DNA from: Bacteroidia bacterium
GTDB taxonomy: Bacteria > Bacteroidota > Bacteroidia > M30B66
DNA length: 64,000 nucleotides
Direction of reading: 5' to 3'
NCBI GenBank assembly: GCA_965279035.1
Contig: OZ257142.1
Span: forward strand, 2,057,302-2,121,301
Below, piece by piece: positions 21,164-31,862 of this stretch. The position numbers were made by a program, and so were the translations under genes. Every line of letters starts with the position of its first letter. The stretch's first letter is position 1. The notes beneath the pieces are model-generated. The model was given only the letters and a program-made list of their open reading frames with translations. It ran no database searches and was not told the DNA's origin.

Positions 21164-23836
21164 ATGAAAAAACTCCTAACTTTATTTTTAGGCTGTTCTC
21201 TTGCAATAAATGCAATAGCTCAGCTTGAAAACGATCCTGCCATAATTGCTTTTTATCCTTTCAATGGAAATGGAAATGATATCTCAGGCAATGGATTTAA
21301 TGCAACGCTCAATGGCCCCTCGAATTATTCAAATGATCGAAATGGAAATTCGAATTCAGCCTTTTCTTTCGATGGTTCTAGTAATTATTTTACTATAAAT
21401 AATGTAAATAGCACATTTAAGCCAACTCAATTTCCCGTTTCAATTAGTACTTGGATTCGAATTCCTCAGAATTATCAAGGTGTTTTTACTTTCTTTAAAA
21501 ATGATTTTGCTCAAAATATCTATTCAGGTATAAGAGGGACTGTCATTTCATCTGGTGTAATTACAATTGGTTTAGAAAATGGAGGTCCTATTGGTTCTGG
21601 TTCAAGAAGAACTAAAACAGGAACAACTAATATTAAAGATGGACAATGGCATCTCATAACCTGTGTAATCAGAGGTTTTAGTAACATGGACATTTTTGTT
21701 GATTGCCACAATGATGGTGGTGCCTATTCTGGTGGAGCAAATACTTTGTTTTACGGAGCTCAAAACTCAGGTATTATTGGGGCTTATGATGGAGTATTAG
21801 GAAATACCGGATTGGACTATGCATTAGGTGATATTGACCAACTAATCTTTATTGGAAGAGAATTAACATTAAGTGAAATCCAAACTTTGTATTTTAATCA
21901 AACAGCTTCTATTACAGGTGAAACAGTAATTTGCCCAAATAGTAGTACAACTTTAACTGCTCATGGAGGTACTTCCTATTTATGGGATAATGGTTCAACA
22001 GATGCTCAAAGAATTATATCTAATACTGGAATATATCATGTAACAGTATTAAATAATGGATCATGTTCAAGAGATTTATATGTAGAAGTAACTCAAGCAA
22101 ACGTTTCCCCTCTCCTCATTTCAGCAAACACTCCAACTAGCTTTTGCCTAGGTGGTTCTGTTCAACTCAATGTAAATGCTGATGGTGGTTTTCATTGGAA
22201 TGATGGTTCTACTCAAAATCCAAGAACTGTTTCTAGCACTGGAGATTATTACGTAACAGCCAACGAAGGATGTACAAATGTATCTAACTCCATTCATGTT
22301 CAAGTGTATGATAATCCGGCTCAACCAACTATTACTCCTTCAGGTCCTTTGAGTTTTATTCAAGGTGGATCTGTAGTATTAAGTTCATCCAGTGCTGCTG
22401 CTTATTTATGGAATCCAGGATCTCAATCTTCAGCACAAATTGAAGTTACTACAACCGGTGATTTTTCAGTTCAAATTACCAATGAACATGGTTGTCATGC
22501 TACATCTCAAGCGGTTCATGTTTCTGTTTTACCAGATGTGCCTCCTGTAAATTCTAGCTGTACTGCTGTAGAAGTAATGAGTTATAATCCAAAGAAACGC
22601 AATGATGGTACTTTCTTACTACCTTCTCGTACTATTTCTTCTAAAGCTTTAGGACTAGCTCAAAATTCTGATTCTCCAAGTACTGAAGAACTATTTAATG
22701 CTGTTGCTCTTGGTTTTGGTGGTGATATCACTGTTCGCATGAGCGGTAAAATTGCCAATGGTCTTGGAACCGATTTTAAAGTGTTCGAAACAACATTTAA
22801 TCCCGATGCAGGAAATTGCAGTCGTTACCCTGAACGTATTCAGGCTTATGCATCACAAGATAATTGCCATTGGGTATATTTAGGTGATGGTTGCCAAGAT
22901 GCAGAATTTGACCTTGGGGAATTAAATTGGGCAGAGTACATCCGTTTGGTTGATATTAGTCCGATTGATGCAGCATATAACAATCAAGTGGCCGATGGTT
23001 ATGATGTAGATGGTATTGAGTGTTTACATGGATATACCGATTCTCCAATTGTTCAAGATCTTGGAGCTGATTATGCAACTCAATTAGTTAGCGCAAATCA
23101 GTTGTTACGTAAAAATGGAACCGCTGTGACATTAGCTCGTTCGGATGCTTCTAAAGCTCTTGGAGCCCCTCAATACACAAATTCAATAAATTTCTTCTCT
23201 CTTGGTTTTGGAGGAAGCATTACATTGAAATTGGGTTATGCTGTTTTTAACAAAGACGGGAATGATCTAAAAGTTGTAGAAACATCATTTGGCAATCCAG
23301 TATGTGATAATTATCCTGAAAAAGCCAATGTGGAAGTTTCTCTCAATGGCTCCGATTGGTTCGATTTAGGTCAAATTTGTTTAGATGGTGGAGTTGATTT
23401 CTTAACGCAAGGTGTTAATGTAGCTCAATATGTTCGCATTACCGATCATTCAGCTTCTTCTAATTTTAATGCTGCTGCTGATGGTTATGATGTAGATGGT
23501 ATAGTAGTTCTTCAACCAGGTTGCAGTAATACCAATACTTCTGCTCGTATAACTGATGATATTTGGACAAAAGATGAAACTGCAATGATTTCTGTAAATC
23601 AATCTTTTACAAAAGATTTTGCAACTCTTCAGATTCAAACTAGTGATGTTGCAGAAAAAATGACGATAGAACTTATCTCTATAACTGGACAAAAAATAAA
23701 CACAATCCAGTTGTCTTTAGATGCGAATTCAACATCACAACAATCAATTGATCTTAGCTCTTTGTCTAGTGGTATTTACATGGTATCTGTTAAAAGTTCT
23801 ACTGGAATTGAAACATTTAAGTTGATAAAACAATAA
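21164..23836 (+). CDS. Large secreted multidomain protein with T9SS C-terminal sorting domain (LamG-like lectin domain, Ig/PKD-like repeats, duplicated ~150-aa domain of unknown function, CTD)
   Basis: Signal peptide. LamG-like region (DGQWHLITCV). Repeated beta-sandwich modules. Two homologous SLGFGG...DGYDVDGI domains. C-terminal ...SSGIYMVSVKSSTGIETFKLIKQ is typical of a Por secretion CTD. Confidence 0.7.
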   Translation: MKKLLTLFLGCSLAINAIAQLENDPAIIAFYPFNGNGNDISGNGFNATLNGPSNYSNDRNGNSNSAFSFDGSSNYFTINNVNSTFKPTQFPVSISTWIRIPQNYQGVFTFFKNDFAQNIYSGIRGTVISSGVITIGLENGGPIGSGSRRTKTGTTNIKDGQWHLITCVIRGFSNMDIFVDCHNDGGAYSGGANTLFYGAQNSGIIGAYDGVLGNTGLDYALGDIDQLIFIGRELTLSEIQTLYFNQTASITGETVICPNSSTTLTAHGGTSYLWDNGSTDAQRIISNTGIYHVTVLNNGSCSRDLYVEVTQANVSPLLISANTPTSFCLGGSVQLNVNADGGFHWNDGSTQNPRTVSSTGDYYVTANEGCTNVSNSIHVQVYDNPAQPTITPSGPLSFIQGGSVVLSSSSAAAYLWNPGSQSSAQIEVTTTGDFSVQITNEHGCHATSQAVHVSVLPDVPPVNSSCTAVEVMSYNPKKRNDGTFLLPSRTISSKALGLAQNSDSPSTEELFNAVALGFGGDITVRMSGKIANGLGTDFKVFETTFNPDAGNCSRYPERIQAYASQDNCHWVYLGDGCQDAEFDLGELNWAEYIRLVDISPIDAAYNNQVADGYDVDGIECLHGYTDSPIVQDLGADYATQLVSANQLLRKNGTAVTLARSDASKALGAPQYTNSINFFSLGFGGSITLKLGYAVFNKDGNDLKVVETSFGNPVCDNYPEKANVEVSLNGSDWFDLGQICLDGGVDFLTQGVNVAQYVRITDHSASSNFNAAADGYDVDGIVVLQPGCSNTNTSARITDDIWTKDETAMISVNQSFTKDFATLQIQTSDVAEKMTIELISITGQKINTIQLSLDANSTSQQSIDLSSLSSGIYMVSVKSSTGIETFKLIKQ

Positions 23837-23855
23837 TTCAAACAACAGAAATTGA

Positions 23856-23888
23856 AAAGCCGCTTTCCAAAAGAGAGCGGCTTTTTTA
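23856..23888. terminator. Bidirectional rho-independent terminator between convergent genes
   Basis: aaagccgc-tttccaaaagaga-gcggcttttttaat: 8-bp GC stem followed by a T-run. Confidence 0.6.
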
Positions 23889-23890
23889 AT

Positions 23891-25210
23891 TTATTTCAAT
23901 ATTAACTTATCGAATAAATTGACCATTTTCCCAGTAAGCGTCTTCCTTGAAAATCTTTCATCAGCATGAATTGTTTGAATTTCATTACGCATTTCAAACA
24001 TCGATTTTAACCCAGCATACATGGCTTCCGTTTTTCCAAAGCCAATAATTCGATGAATTGGATTTGCAGCTAAAACTTCAGCTGCTTGTCCATCTTCAGG
24101 TCCAATCATCAATATTGGTTTTTGTGCGGCTAAGTATTCAAACAATTTACCAGTCAACGTTGCTTTGGGAGAAAAGAATCCATTTTCTTCTGCACCATAA
24201 TTATTGATCGATAGAAGCAATACCGATGCACTTTTTTGTTCTGCAATAATTTCGGCATGAGGCATATAATCAACCCATTCGGTACATTCGTCTAAGCCAT
24301 TTAATTCGATACTTTTTCTGACCGAAATATCGTTTTTACCTATCAGTCGAATGCGACAGGCCGATTTAAATTCAGGTAGCTCTTTTCGAAGTTTTGCAAT
24401 GCTTTCCCATAATTCAGGATGATTACGTCGATCATTCAAACTACCCGTATGAACAATACTAAAAAATTGATCTTTTCGAAGAAGATTATCAGGTATTTCA
24501 AAATCATCCGGATCATAACCATTGGTGATCACATCAACTGGTCGATTGGTTTTACTACGAAACTCTTCTGCCATTAATTCACTTACAACAACTATCTGAT
24601 CGGCGCTTTGAAGCACTTTCCCTTCTAATCGAATATTCTTGTTTTTTGCCCAAGTACTCATCGACAAATCTCCTGCAAAATCAATATTCACCCAAGGATC
24701 CCGAAAATCAGCCAGCCAAGGAATTCCTGTCTTTTTTTTCAGCCCTAAACCTATTAGATGCATGCTATGTGGAGGTCCTGTAGAAACAATCAAGTCAACC
24801 TGATTCTCCTTAAGCCACTGATTTAAATAATTAATCGAAGGACGAATCCAAAAACGACGTGCATCGGGTATAAAAACATTTCCTCGAAGCCAAATAGAAA
24901 GCCGATGTCCTAAACTTTTCTTTCCGTTTTCTTGTAAAAATCCTGAAACAACTCGTTGATCTTTTTTCTGTCCAATCACCTTTTTATAAAGCTGATAAGG
25001 CTCCCAAATGGGTTGTTTTAAAATGGTAATTCCTTCTGGTATATCTTTAAAAAAAGATTCATCCAATACAGGATATTCACCATTTAAGGCTGTATATACA
25101 ATGGGTTCCCAACCGAATTCTCGCAAATATTTAACGAACTTAAGCCAACGCTGAACACCTGCTCCTCCTGATGGCGGCCAATAATAAGTGAGAATCAAGA
25201 CTTTTTTCAC
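23891..25210 (-). CDS. Glycosyltransferase (GT-B fold, GT4-like)
   Basis: N-terminal KKVLILTYYWPPSGGAGVQRW. 439 aa. Confidence 0.55.
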   Translation of the reverse strand: MKKVLILTYYWPPSGGAGVQRWLKFVKYLREFGWEPIVYTALNGEYPVLDESFFKDIPEGITILKQPIWEPYQLYKKVIGQKKDQRVVSGFLQENGKKSLGHRLSIWLRGNVFIPDARRFWIRPSINYLNQWLKENQVDLIVSTGPPHSMHLIGLGLKKKTGIPWLADFRDPWVNIDFAGDLSMSTWAKNKNIRLEGKVLQSADQIVVVSELMAEEFRSKTNRPVDVITNGYDPDDFEIPDNLLRKDQFFSIVHTGSLNDRRNHPELWESIAKLRKELPEFKSACRIRLIGKNDISVRKSIELNGLDECTEWVDYMPHAEIIAEQKSASVLLLSINNYGAEENGFFSPKATLTGKLFEYLAAQKPILMIGPEDGQAAEVLAANPIHRIIGFGKTEAMYAGLKSMFEMRNEIQTIHADERFSRKTLTGKMVNLFDKLILK

Positions 25211-25294
25211 AAATGCAAATATGCAGTTTGCATGGGAGATGACAAGCTAAACCAATGGTAAAAATGACTCTTCAATTGGTTTTATAATTGAAAA

Positions 25295-25420
25295 CCTTGA
25301 CACATCCGACTGTTTTCGGGTTGCAATTAAACAGCAATTATTTTTCGACCATTTGCCGACTAATCCAACTATTGATTTGCTTTTCTCTTTCAAAGCAACA
25401 AATTAGTTAGTATATAACTC
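25295..25420 (-). repeat. Degenerate direct-repeat copy of the GIY-YIG 3' end / tRNA-like module (copy B)
   Basis: About 70% identical to 27950-28065 (aaccttgac..ccgact.ttttcggg..cagcaatta..ttttctcttt..aaagc). Minus-strand translation gives FEREKQINSWISRQ, a GIY-YIG C-terminal remnant bounded by stops. Confidence 0.55.
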
Positions 25421-25625
25421 AATAAACTGGATATTCAAATCACCAACATCCCATATAATTAGTAATACACTTATGAATTTTATCTTGGATATTATAGATT
25501 CGCATACACACAAAGTTCAAACTTGATTAAAGAAATGCATTCGATTAGATGAATAAAACTAAGGATACGAATTCCTCAAAATCCCGAAATACAAGGCTTA
25601 GCTGGCGTATATTATTAGTAGTCGT

Positions 25626-26018
25626 TTAATTGAAATCTATTTTACCTTCTTTGCCCATAAAATTAATTTGAATGTGATCAGATACTGTAATCTGTTGATA
25701 GGATATTTTATTAGTTTCAAATCGAATGCTTTTTATCGAATATTTTGAACCATGCTTAAAAGGCTCAAAACTAAGTTTAAATCCTTCGGATGAAGAAAAT
25801 GTTCTATTTCCCAATTTAGTAAAACCACATTTTAATAGTAGTTTACTATAATAATCGAATTCAATTTCATTTGTATAAAAAACAATTTCCGTAAATCTTT
25901 TTAGATATTTATTTTCACTAGTGTCCGATAAAAACTCAATATGAGAATTTTTCACTATGAAAGTGTTGATTATACTGGAATGATTTCTCTGTTTTAAAAA
26001 GTAAGCCCCCCTTTTCAT
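25626..26018 (-). CDS. Hypothetical protein (130 aa), translationally coupled to the upstream transposase ORF
   Basis: ORF start overlaps the transposase stop (ATGA). No recognisable motif. Confidence 0.4.
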   Translation of the reverse strand: MKRGAYFLKQRNHSSIINTFIVKNSHIEFLSDTSENKYLKRFTEIVFYTNEIEFDYYSKLLLKCGFTKLGNRTFSSSEGFKLSFEPFKHGSKYSIKSIRFETNKISYQQITVSDHIQINFMGKEGKIDFN

Positions 26019-27210
26019 GATGTATTAAATTTCAATTGAAGTTGAGTGTCAACTTCTTTTAGCCAGTCTTTTTCTGGGTTCTCAAGGAATTTAATTAGGT
26101 GAATATAATTGAACAGATGCAATCTACAGAAGCTTGCAAGGTTTGAGAATGCCCATTTACGCTTGAGTTTTCTGTGAATAACGCTTAAGAGTAAATTAAC
26201 TATTAAAGTGCACCAGATTTGGATTTTAATAGCATTCTCATTGTCTCCTAGAAAATATTTTAATGGGAAGTTTTGTTTTAATTGTTTGAATAACAACTCG
26301 ATTTGCCATCGTTTTTTATAAATCAATGCAATGTGTCCAGCATTCATTCCGAACAGATTCGTTAAAAACTCAAAACAGCGTTTATTTTCGTCATCCCAAT
26401 AAGCTATACGCCTTAATTCTGTTGTTTTTAAATACTTTCCATTTTCCTTTACATCAACACGAATGATTTCATCTTTTAGAACTCCATTATCAATATAAGG
26501 TGGGATTTCATTTTCAGAAACAGATTCATAAACTGCGTTCGATTTTAAACGGGTTACAAAGAACCTCTCATTTTTGGTGAATTCATCGAAGACCTTGTAA
26601 TCATTATATCCTTTATCAAAAACTGCGATTCGCCCTTTTTCTAATTTAAAGTATTTCAGAAACTGACGATCGTTTGTTGTTGCTGCTGAGAACCAAACCA
26701 ATTTAGGTACTCTTTCTTGAAGACTAATTTGTGTATGAACCTTAATGCCGCCCTTTCTTTTTCCATTGGCAGGTTCTCTTCCTACACAACTCAATATATC
26801 CTTAAAAAGACCAATGGTGGTTGAATCAAATATATCCAATAACCTTTCCCAGCTGTAATTATATCGGCTGTCCGAGATAAATGGTCCAAACCATAATAGA
26901 TATCCTGAAATACCAAATGGCTCCTTCGCTGGTTTGCATCACCTAAAGTGCTTTTATATGGAATATGCTTAAGTTGAAAATGATTGGTTTTGCCCTTTAA
27001 TCCGAGCATTGAACCTGCGACTTCGCGCAAAGAAGTGCAATTAGCAAATGTTGAGAAGAGCATACTTATCAGATGATCAGAAGTATCAAACTTCTTCACG
27101 TAATGATCTGACATATGCTTTTTAACAACTGAAGTGATAATTCTAATATCTATTAAAGAAATCAGCTGTCCGAAAACCGACTGTCCAAAAAAGTAGTTAC
27201 TTTTATTCAT
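26015..27210 (-). mobile_element. IS4-family insertion sequence transposase (DUF4372 N-terminal domain plus DDE domain), split into two overlapping ORFs by a frameshift
   Basis: N-terminal FFGQSVFGQLISLID...VKKFDTSDHLISMLF is DUF4372-like. C-terminal DDE region with the YKKRWQIELLFKQLKQ motif. The ORFs 27210-26791 and 26839-26015 are in different frames. IS ends not defined. Confidence 0.7.
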
Positions 27211-27273
27211 GTAATTTATGTTCGCAAAACCAAATTACAACAAAGCGGGACAACCTAATTGGAAGTCCCGCTT

Positions 27274-27879
27274 TCAAAATGTTTTATCGGACACTAGTGA
27301 TTTATTTTCTCTTTTCTCATCATGTTGTTTTAAGTATTGTATTCGACTGACAGAATCCCCTATTGTTTTCAACTGGTTAAATGAAAAATAATCCTTCTCA
27401 TATTCCATAATCCAAAATCCAATATTGGATTTTGAAAAGAATATAGAATCATTAATATACAATGCCTTAAACCATGGTATCAATGTATCAGATACTTTTC
27501 TGTCTTTTATTTCTATTTTAGTTATGTAATCTTCAGTAAATTTTTTTTGTAGAATTAATAAATCTCCGATATGATCAGCACTCAAAGCTATAGCACTACT
27601 TCCTGTTTTATGTTCTGAAGCTGAGGGGGCAAAGATTTCTAAATAATTAATATCTCCAAATATATATGCTCCTATCCATGACATATAACTTGTAGTAGAT
27701 TTTTTAGTAAAGAAACCAGAAAACTCATTTTTAATAAATTCTGAGTTTATCAGTGCTGAATAGTCAGCTGAATCCAATACTAAAAAGCAATGATTGAATT
27801 GCATCTTTGGAGTTTGACCGAAACAAACTGCAGTTTTTAATAAAATAGTTAAGAGTATTATTTTTTTCATCAAAGTCAT
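27274..27879 (-). CDS. Hypothetical secreted protein (201 aa)
   Basis: Signal peptide MKKIILLTILLKTAVCFGQ. No known motif. Confidence 0.45.
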   Translation of the reverse strand: MTLMKKIILLTILLKTAVCFGQTPKMQFNHCFLVLDSADYSALINSEFIKNEFSGFFTKKSTTSYMSWIGAYIFGDINYLEIFAPSASEHKTGSSAIALSADHIGDLLILQKKFTEDYITKIEIKDRKVSDTLIPWFKALYINDSIFFSKSNIGFWIMEYEKDYFSFNQLKTIGDSVSRIQYLKQHDEKRENKSLVSDKTF

Positions 27880-27943
27880 CTAAGGCCTAAAATACCTAAA
27901 TCAAATAAAAAAAGACCAAAGAGTATGAGGCTTTTTTGGGGGG

Positions 27944-28237
<294 letters not shown>

Positions 28238-28258
28238 ATTGTATTTAAATATATCAAA

Positions 28259-28289
28259 TAAAAAAAGCCCCACGAGTGTGAGGCTTTTT
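28259..28289 (-). terminator. Rho-independent terminator downstream of tRNA-Val
   Basis: Minus-strand RNA agccucac-acuc-guggggcu followed by a U6 run. Confidence 0.6.
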
Positions 28290-28291
28290 AG

Positions 28292-28366
28292 TGGGAGCTA
28301 CTGGGTTCGAACCAGTGACCCTCTGCTTGTAAGGCAGATGCTCTGAACCAGCTGAGCTAAGCTCCC
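28292..28366 (-). tRNA. tRNA-Val (anticodon TAC)
   Basis: Sense strand gggagcttagctcagctggttcagagcatctgccttacaagcagagggtcactggttcgaacccagtagctccca. Cloverleaf with 7-bp acceptor stem and anticodon loop cuUACaa. No encoded CCA. Confidence 0.9.
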
Positions 28367-28439
28367 TTGATGTTTCTAGTGAAACGGGCTGCAAATATAC
28401 CTGCTTAACGATTACATGCAAATTTATTTTGCAGAATTT

Positions 28440-29732
28440 TTAAATTATTTCAGCAACCACAAACGTACTACCCCCAATTATTATCATATCTCCTTGTTTT
28501 GCAGCTCGTTTTGCTGCATTCAATGCACTACGAACACTCGAATATTTTTTTCCAACTAAACCAATTTCTCCTGCTTTACTCGCTAAAATATCGGTTTCTA
28601 ATGCTCTTGGAAGCTTGGCTCGACAGAAATAATACCTAGCATCGGTCGGTAATAACTTTAAAATGGTAGAAACATCTTTATCTCCAACCATTCCCAAAAC
28701 CCAATGCAGCTTACTAAATTTTGAATAGTTTATTTGGTTAAGAATTTCTTTTATTCCAGCTTCATTATGTCCCGTATCAGCTACAATCAAAGGATTTTGT
28801 TGGAGAATATCCCATCTTCCTCGAAGTCCAGTATTTTCCTTTGTGTTTTCAATTCCAGCTAATACTGCTTCATCTTTTAGTTTCCAACCAATCTTTCTAA
28901 GTTGTGAAACAGATGCTAAAATGCCTTGGATATTTTTCACTTGATACAATCCTGGTAAGGCGCTTTTTAGTTTGATGTTCCGATTCTCCCATTGAACTTT
29001 TAACTCTAAAAGCATTCTTCCCTTTTTTTCAAGGAAATCCTTGCTAATAACATGCACTTCATCCTCTGCAAAAACAATTTCTGCCTGTTCGTTTTTTGCC
29101 TTTTGAAGAAATACGTCTCTCGATTCCTGTTGTCGCTCACTTATTACAACGACCGTTTGGGGTTTGATAATTCCAGCTTTCTCAGCAGCAATTTTTTCCA
29201 ATGTATCTCCCAATAAATCCATGTGATCGAAGCTGATATTGGTTATCAAACTTAAATCTGGACGAATTACATTGGTCGAATCTAATCTTCCTCCTAAACC
29301 TGTTTCTATAATAGCAATATCCACCTTTTTCTCTGCAAAATACTGAAAGGCGAGTGCAACATTCATTTCGAAAAATGATGGCTTGATTTCCTCAAACAAT
29401 GCCCGATTATTTTCAACAAATCGAATAACTCGAGCTTTTGAAATGGGCTTTCCATCAATGCGAATTCGTTCTCTAAAATCTTTTAAATGGGGAGAAGTAA
29501 ATAATCCTGTTTTATAACCAGCTTCTTGAAAAATGGAAGCCAGCATATGCGAAGAAGAACCTTTCCCATTGGTTCCAGCAATATGCACCGATTTAAACGA
29601 CAGATGCGGATTACCTAGCGCTTCACATAAATGGGTAATGTTATCTAAATTCGCTTTATATGCTGCTTTACCAACACGAGTAAAAGCAGGCAGTTGGCTG
29701 AATAAATATTCCAGCGTTTGCCTGTACGTCAT
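28440..29732 (-). CDS. folC: Bifunctional folylpolyglutamate synthase / dihydrofolate synthase
   Basis: Mur-ligase P-loop GTNGKGSS. 430 aa. Confidence 0.85.
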   Translation of the reverse strand: MTYRQTLEYLFSQLPAFTRVGKAAYKANLDNITHLCEALGNPHLSFKSVHIAGTNGKGSSSHMLASIFQEAGYKTGLFTSPHLKDFRERIRIDGKPISKARVIRFVENNRALFEEIKPSFFEMNVALAFQYFAEKKVDIAIIETGLGGRLDSTNVIRPDLSLITNISFDHMDLLGDTLEKIAAEKAGIIKPQTVVVISERQQESRDVFLQKAKNEQAEIVFAEDEVHVISKDFLEKKGRMLLELKVQWENRNIKLKSALPGLYQVKNIQGILASVSQLRKIGWKLKDEAVLAGIENTKENTGLRGRWDILQQNPLIVADTGHNEAGIKEILNQINYSKFSKLHWVLGMVGDKDVSTILKLLPTDARYYFCRAKLPRALETDILASKAGEIGLVGKKYSSVRSALNAAKRAAKQGDMIIIGGSTFVVAEII

Positions 29733-30590
29733 TTAATTTCGAATAAACAAATAGCTAATCGTTCCAACTTGCAATTCGGCTGCATCGGGATTTGAATTGA
29801 ATCTAGCTCGTTTTGCAGCAGCTTCAGCTTCGCGAAATAATGACGCATCTTGAACAGTTGTACCGCGGGCTCCCGCTTTTGCTTTAACGACTTTCCCTGT
29901 TTTATCCACACTTATTTCTACCACTACTTTCCCCGATTTTGGAGAATTATACGCTGGTTTAGGCAGTGATGAAGGTGTTCTATTATCTAAACTATACGAT
30001 ATTCCACCTCCAGTTCCAGGACCTTTACCTGGGCCTTTACCGGGACCTTCTCCTTCTCCCTCACCATCTCCTTTTCCATTGCCCCCCTTACCTGTATAGG
30101 CATGTGCATAAGGATCTCCATTTTCTTTCCCTTGATTCCCTTCTTTCCCCGTATTTCCTTCGCTACCGCCAGTTTTTGATTTTCCGGGATATAATGCTCT
30201 ACGTTCTACAACAGGTTCAACTGTTTTAGTAATGACAGGTCCATCCGTTTTACGTTTTAATTCAACGTATTCCTTTTTGGGTTTCACTTTTACCTTTTCA
30301 ATATCAGGAACATAATTCTCATCATCATCCGATTGTAAAATGTTCGCCTGATTTGCTGCTGTTGGTTGTGGAGATCCTGCTGATGATAATTGATCTGGAT
30401 TAGTCATTCCCATTCCATCTTCCGAATTCCCGAAATTCAATTCAACACCCAATCCACCACCGCCATCTTCGGGGAAGGGTGGGAGTGGAGTGATAATTTT
30501 ATACAGGATAAATAGCAACAGTAAAATCGCATGAAACGCAATCGTGATGGCTGTTGCGTAATATTTATCGGATTTCTGACTTAGTTCCAT
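29733..30590 (-). CDS. tonB: Energy transducer TonB (N-terminal TM anchor, Gly/Pro-rich spacer, TonB C-terminal domain)
   Basis: TM helix after residue 10. Low-complexity GKGDGEGEGEGPGKGPGKGPG spacer. C-terminal domain, within an exbB-exbD-tonB arrangement. Confidence 0.7.
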   Translation of the reverse strand: MELSQKSDKYYATAITIAFHAILLLLFILYKIITPLPPFPEDGGGGLGVELNFGNSEDGMGMTNPDQLSSAGSPQPTAANQANILQSDDDENYVPDIEKVKVKPKKEYVELKRKTDGPVITKTVEPVVERRALYPGKSKTGGSEGNTGKEGNQGKENGDPYAHAYTGKGGNGKGDGEGEGEGPGKGPGKGPGTGGGISYSLDNRTPSSLPKPAYNSPKSGKVVVEISVDKTGKVVKAKAGARGTTVQDASLFREAEAAAKRARFNSNPDAAELQVGTISYLFIRN

Positions 30591-30592
30591 AA

Positions 30593-30997
30593 CTATCCGT
30601 TTGGTGCCTTTGTAGCAAGAATCATCTTGATCTTTAGGCGGTTTCCTATTTCTAGAACATCAACCAATTGCTGGATGCTAAGTGATTTATCCAAACTCAA
30701 TACAATGGTTGGTTCACTAATTCCTTCTACGGCTAATTTCATAGCAGGTTCTAATTCCTCAAACGCTACATCCTTACCTTGTAGTACATAACGTTGTTCT
30801 GCAGATATTTCAAGTTTGATTACTTTCTTCGTTACCTGCTGCGCATTTTTCGAACTAGGCAATGTCAATTTTACCACACTCGGACTCACCATCGTAGATA
30901 CGATAAGAAAGAATAACATCAAAAAGAACATGATGTCGTTCATAGAATGCGTGCTTATTTCAGCATGCGGACGTATTCGGGATCCTCGAAGATTCAT
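30593..30997 (-). CDS. exbD: Biopolymer transport protein ExbD/TolR
   Basis: 134 aa with a single N-terminal TM helix (IMFFLMLFFLIVSTMV). Confidence 0.8.
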   Translation of the reverse strand: MNLRGSRIRPHAEISTHSMNDIMFFLMLFFLIVSTMVSPSVVKLTLPSSKNAQQVTKKVIKLEISAEQRYVLQGKDVAFEELEPAMKLAVEGISEPTIVLSLDKSLSIQQLVDVLEIGNRLKIKMILATKAPNG

Positions 30998-31770
30998 TAT
31001 CGGGTTGGTTCGTGCAACATATCAATAAAATCAAGCGAAGTGCTTTCCATCCGTTTGGCAATGCGATCAACTGTAAAGTTGAGATAATGATAGAGGACAA
31101 ACGATAAAATACCGACAATTAATCCAGCAGCAGAAGTCACCATTTTCTCGTACAAACCACCTGAAATCAAACCAATACTGATATTATCAGCAAGTGAAAT
31201 GTTATAGAAAATCTTAATAACTCCGAGGATTGTTCCAACAAATCCAAACATGGGAGCAATACCAGCAATAATGGATAGAATACCGATATTTTTTTCGATG
31301 CGACTTAATTCCTTTTTACCAACGCCTTCCATCGATTTTTCAATTTCATCAACGGTAAGTCCTATACGTGAAATACCTTTTTCAAGCATGCGAGCATCAG
31401 GAGTATTATTGCTTTTACAAAGTACTATCGCACCTTGAATATTTCCTTGATGAATCTGATCTCTCACATTATTCAATAGATTATCAGGATTTTGAGCTGC
31501 TCTGCGAAGAACAAAAAAGCGTTCAAAGAAAATAAATATGGTTATGAGAGAGAGCAAACCAATTGGAATCATTAGCCAGCCGCCTTTTTGAACCATATCA
31601 AATAGACTCAATGTATCTGTTTTTTGTGCTGTTTCGGCAGCCGCTGATGCAAGGGGAGCAGCTAGTGAATCACCACCAACTACTGTCTGCAGGAATATTC
31701 CCATCATAGAATTGAAATGATTTAATAGGTAAACGCAACTATTCTTAGAAGCGTATTCAAAGAACGCCAA
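30997..31770 (-). CDS. exbB: MotA/TolQ/ExbB proton channel protein
   Basis: 3 TM helices and the conserved GFVGTILGVIKIF region. The annotated start is TTG; a more likely ATG start is about 21 codons in (MMGIFLQ...). Confidence 0.75.
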   Translation of the reverse strand: MAFFEYASKNSCVYLLNHFNSMMGIFLQTVVGGDSLAAPLASAAAETAQKTDTLSLFDMVQKGGWLMIPIGLLSLITIFIFFERFFVLRRAAQNPDNLLNNVRDQIHQGNIQGAIVLCKSNNTPDARMLEKGISRIGLTVDEIEKSMEGVGKKELSRIEKNIGILSIIAGIAPMFGFVGTILGVIKIFYNISLADNISIGLISGGLYEKMVTSAAGLIVGILSFVLYHYLNFTVDRIAKRMESTSLDFIDMLHEPTR

Positions 31771-31797
31771 TAAAAAAACGGCCTTTGCGGAGCCGTT
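31771..31797 (-). terminator. Rho-independent terminator of gdh
   Basis: Stem aacggc / gccgtt with a 9-nt loop, followed on the minus strand by a U7 run. Confidence 0.6.
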
Positions 31798-31862
31798 TTC
31801 TGCGTTTTGAACGCCTTTATTAACAAGGTATCGGAGTTCTTGCTATTTATTCAATGTCAATT

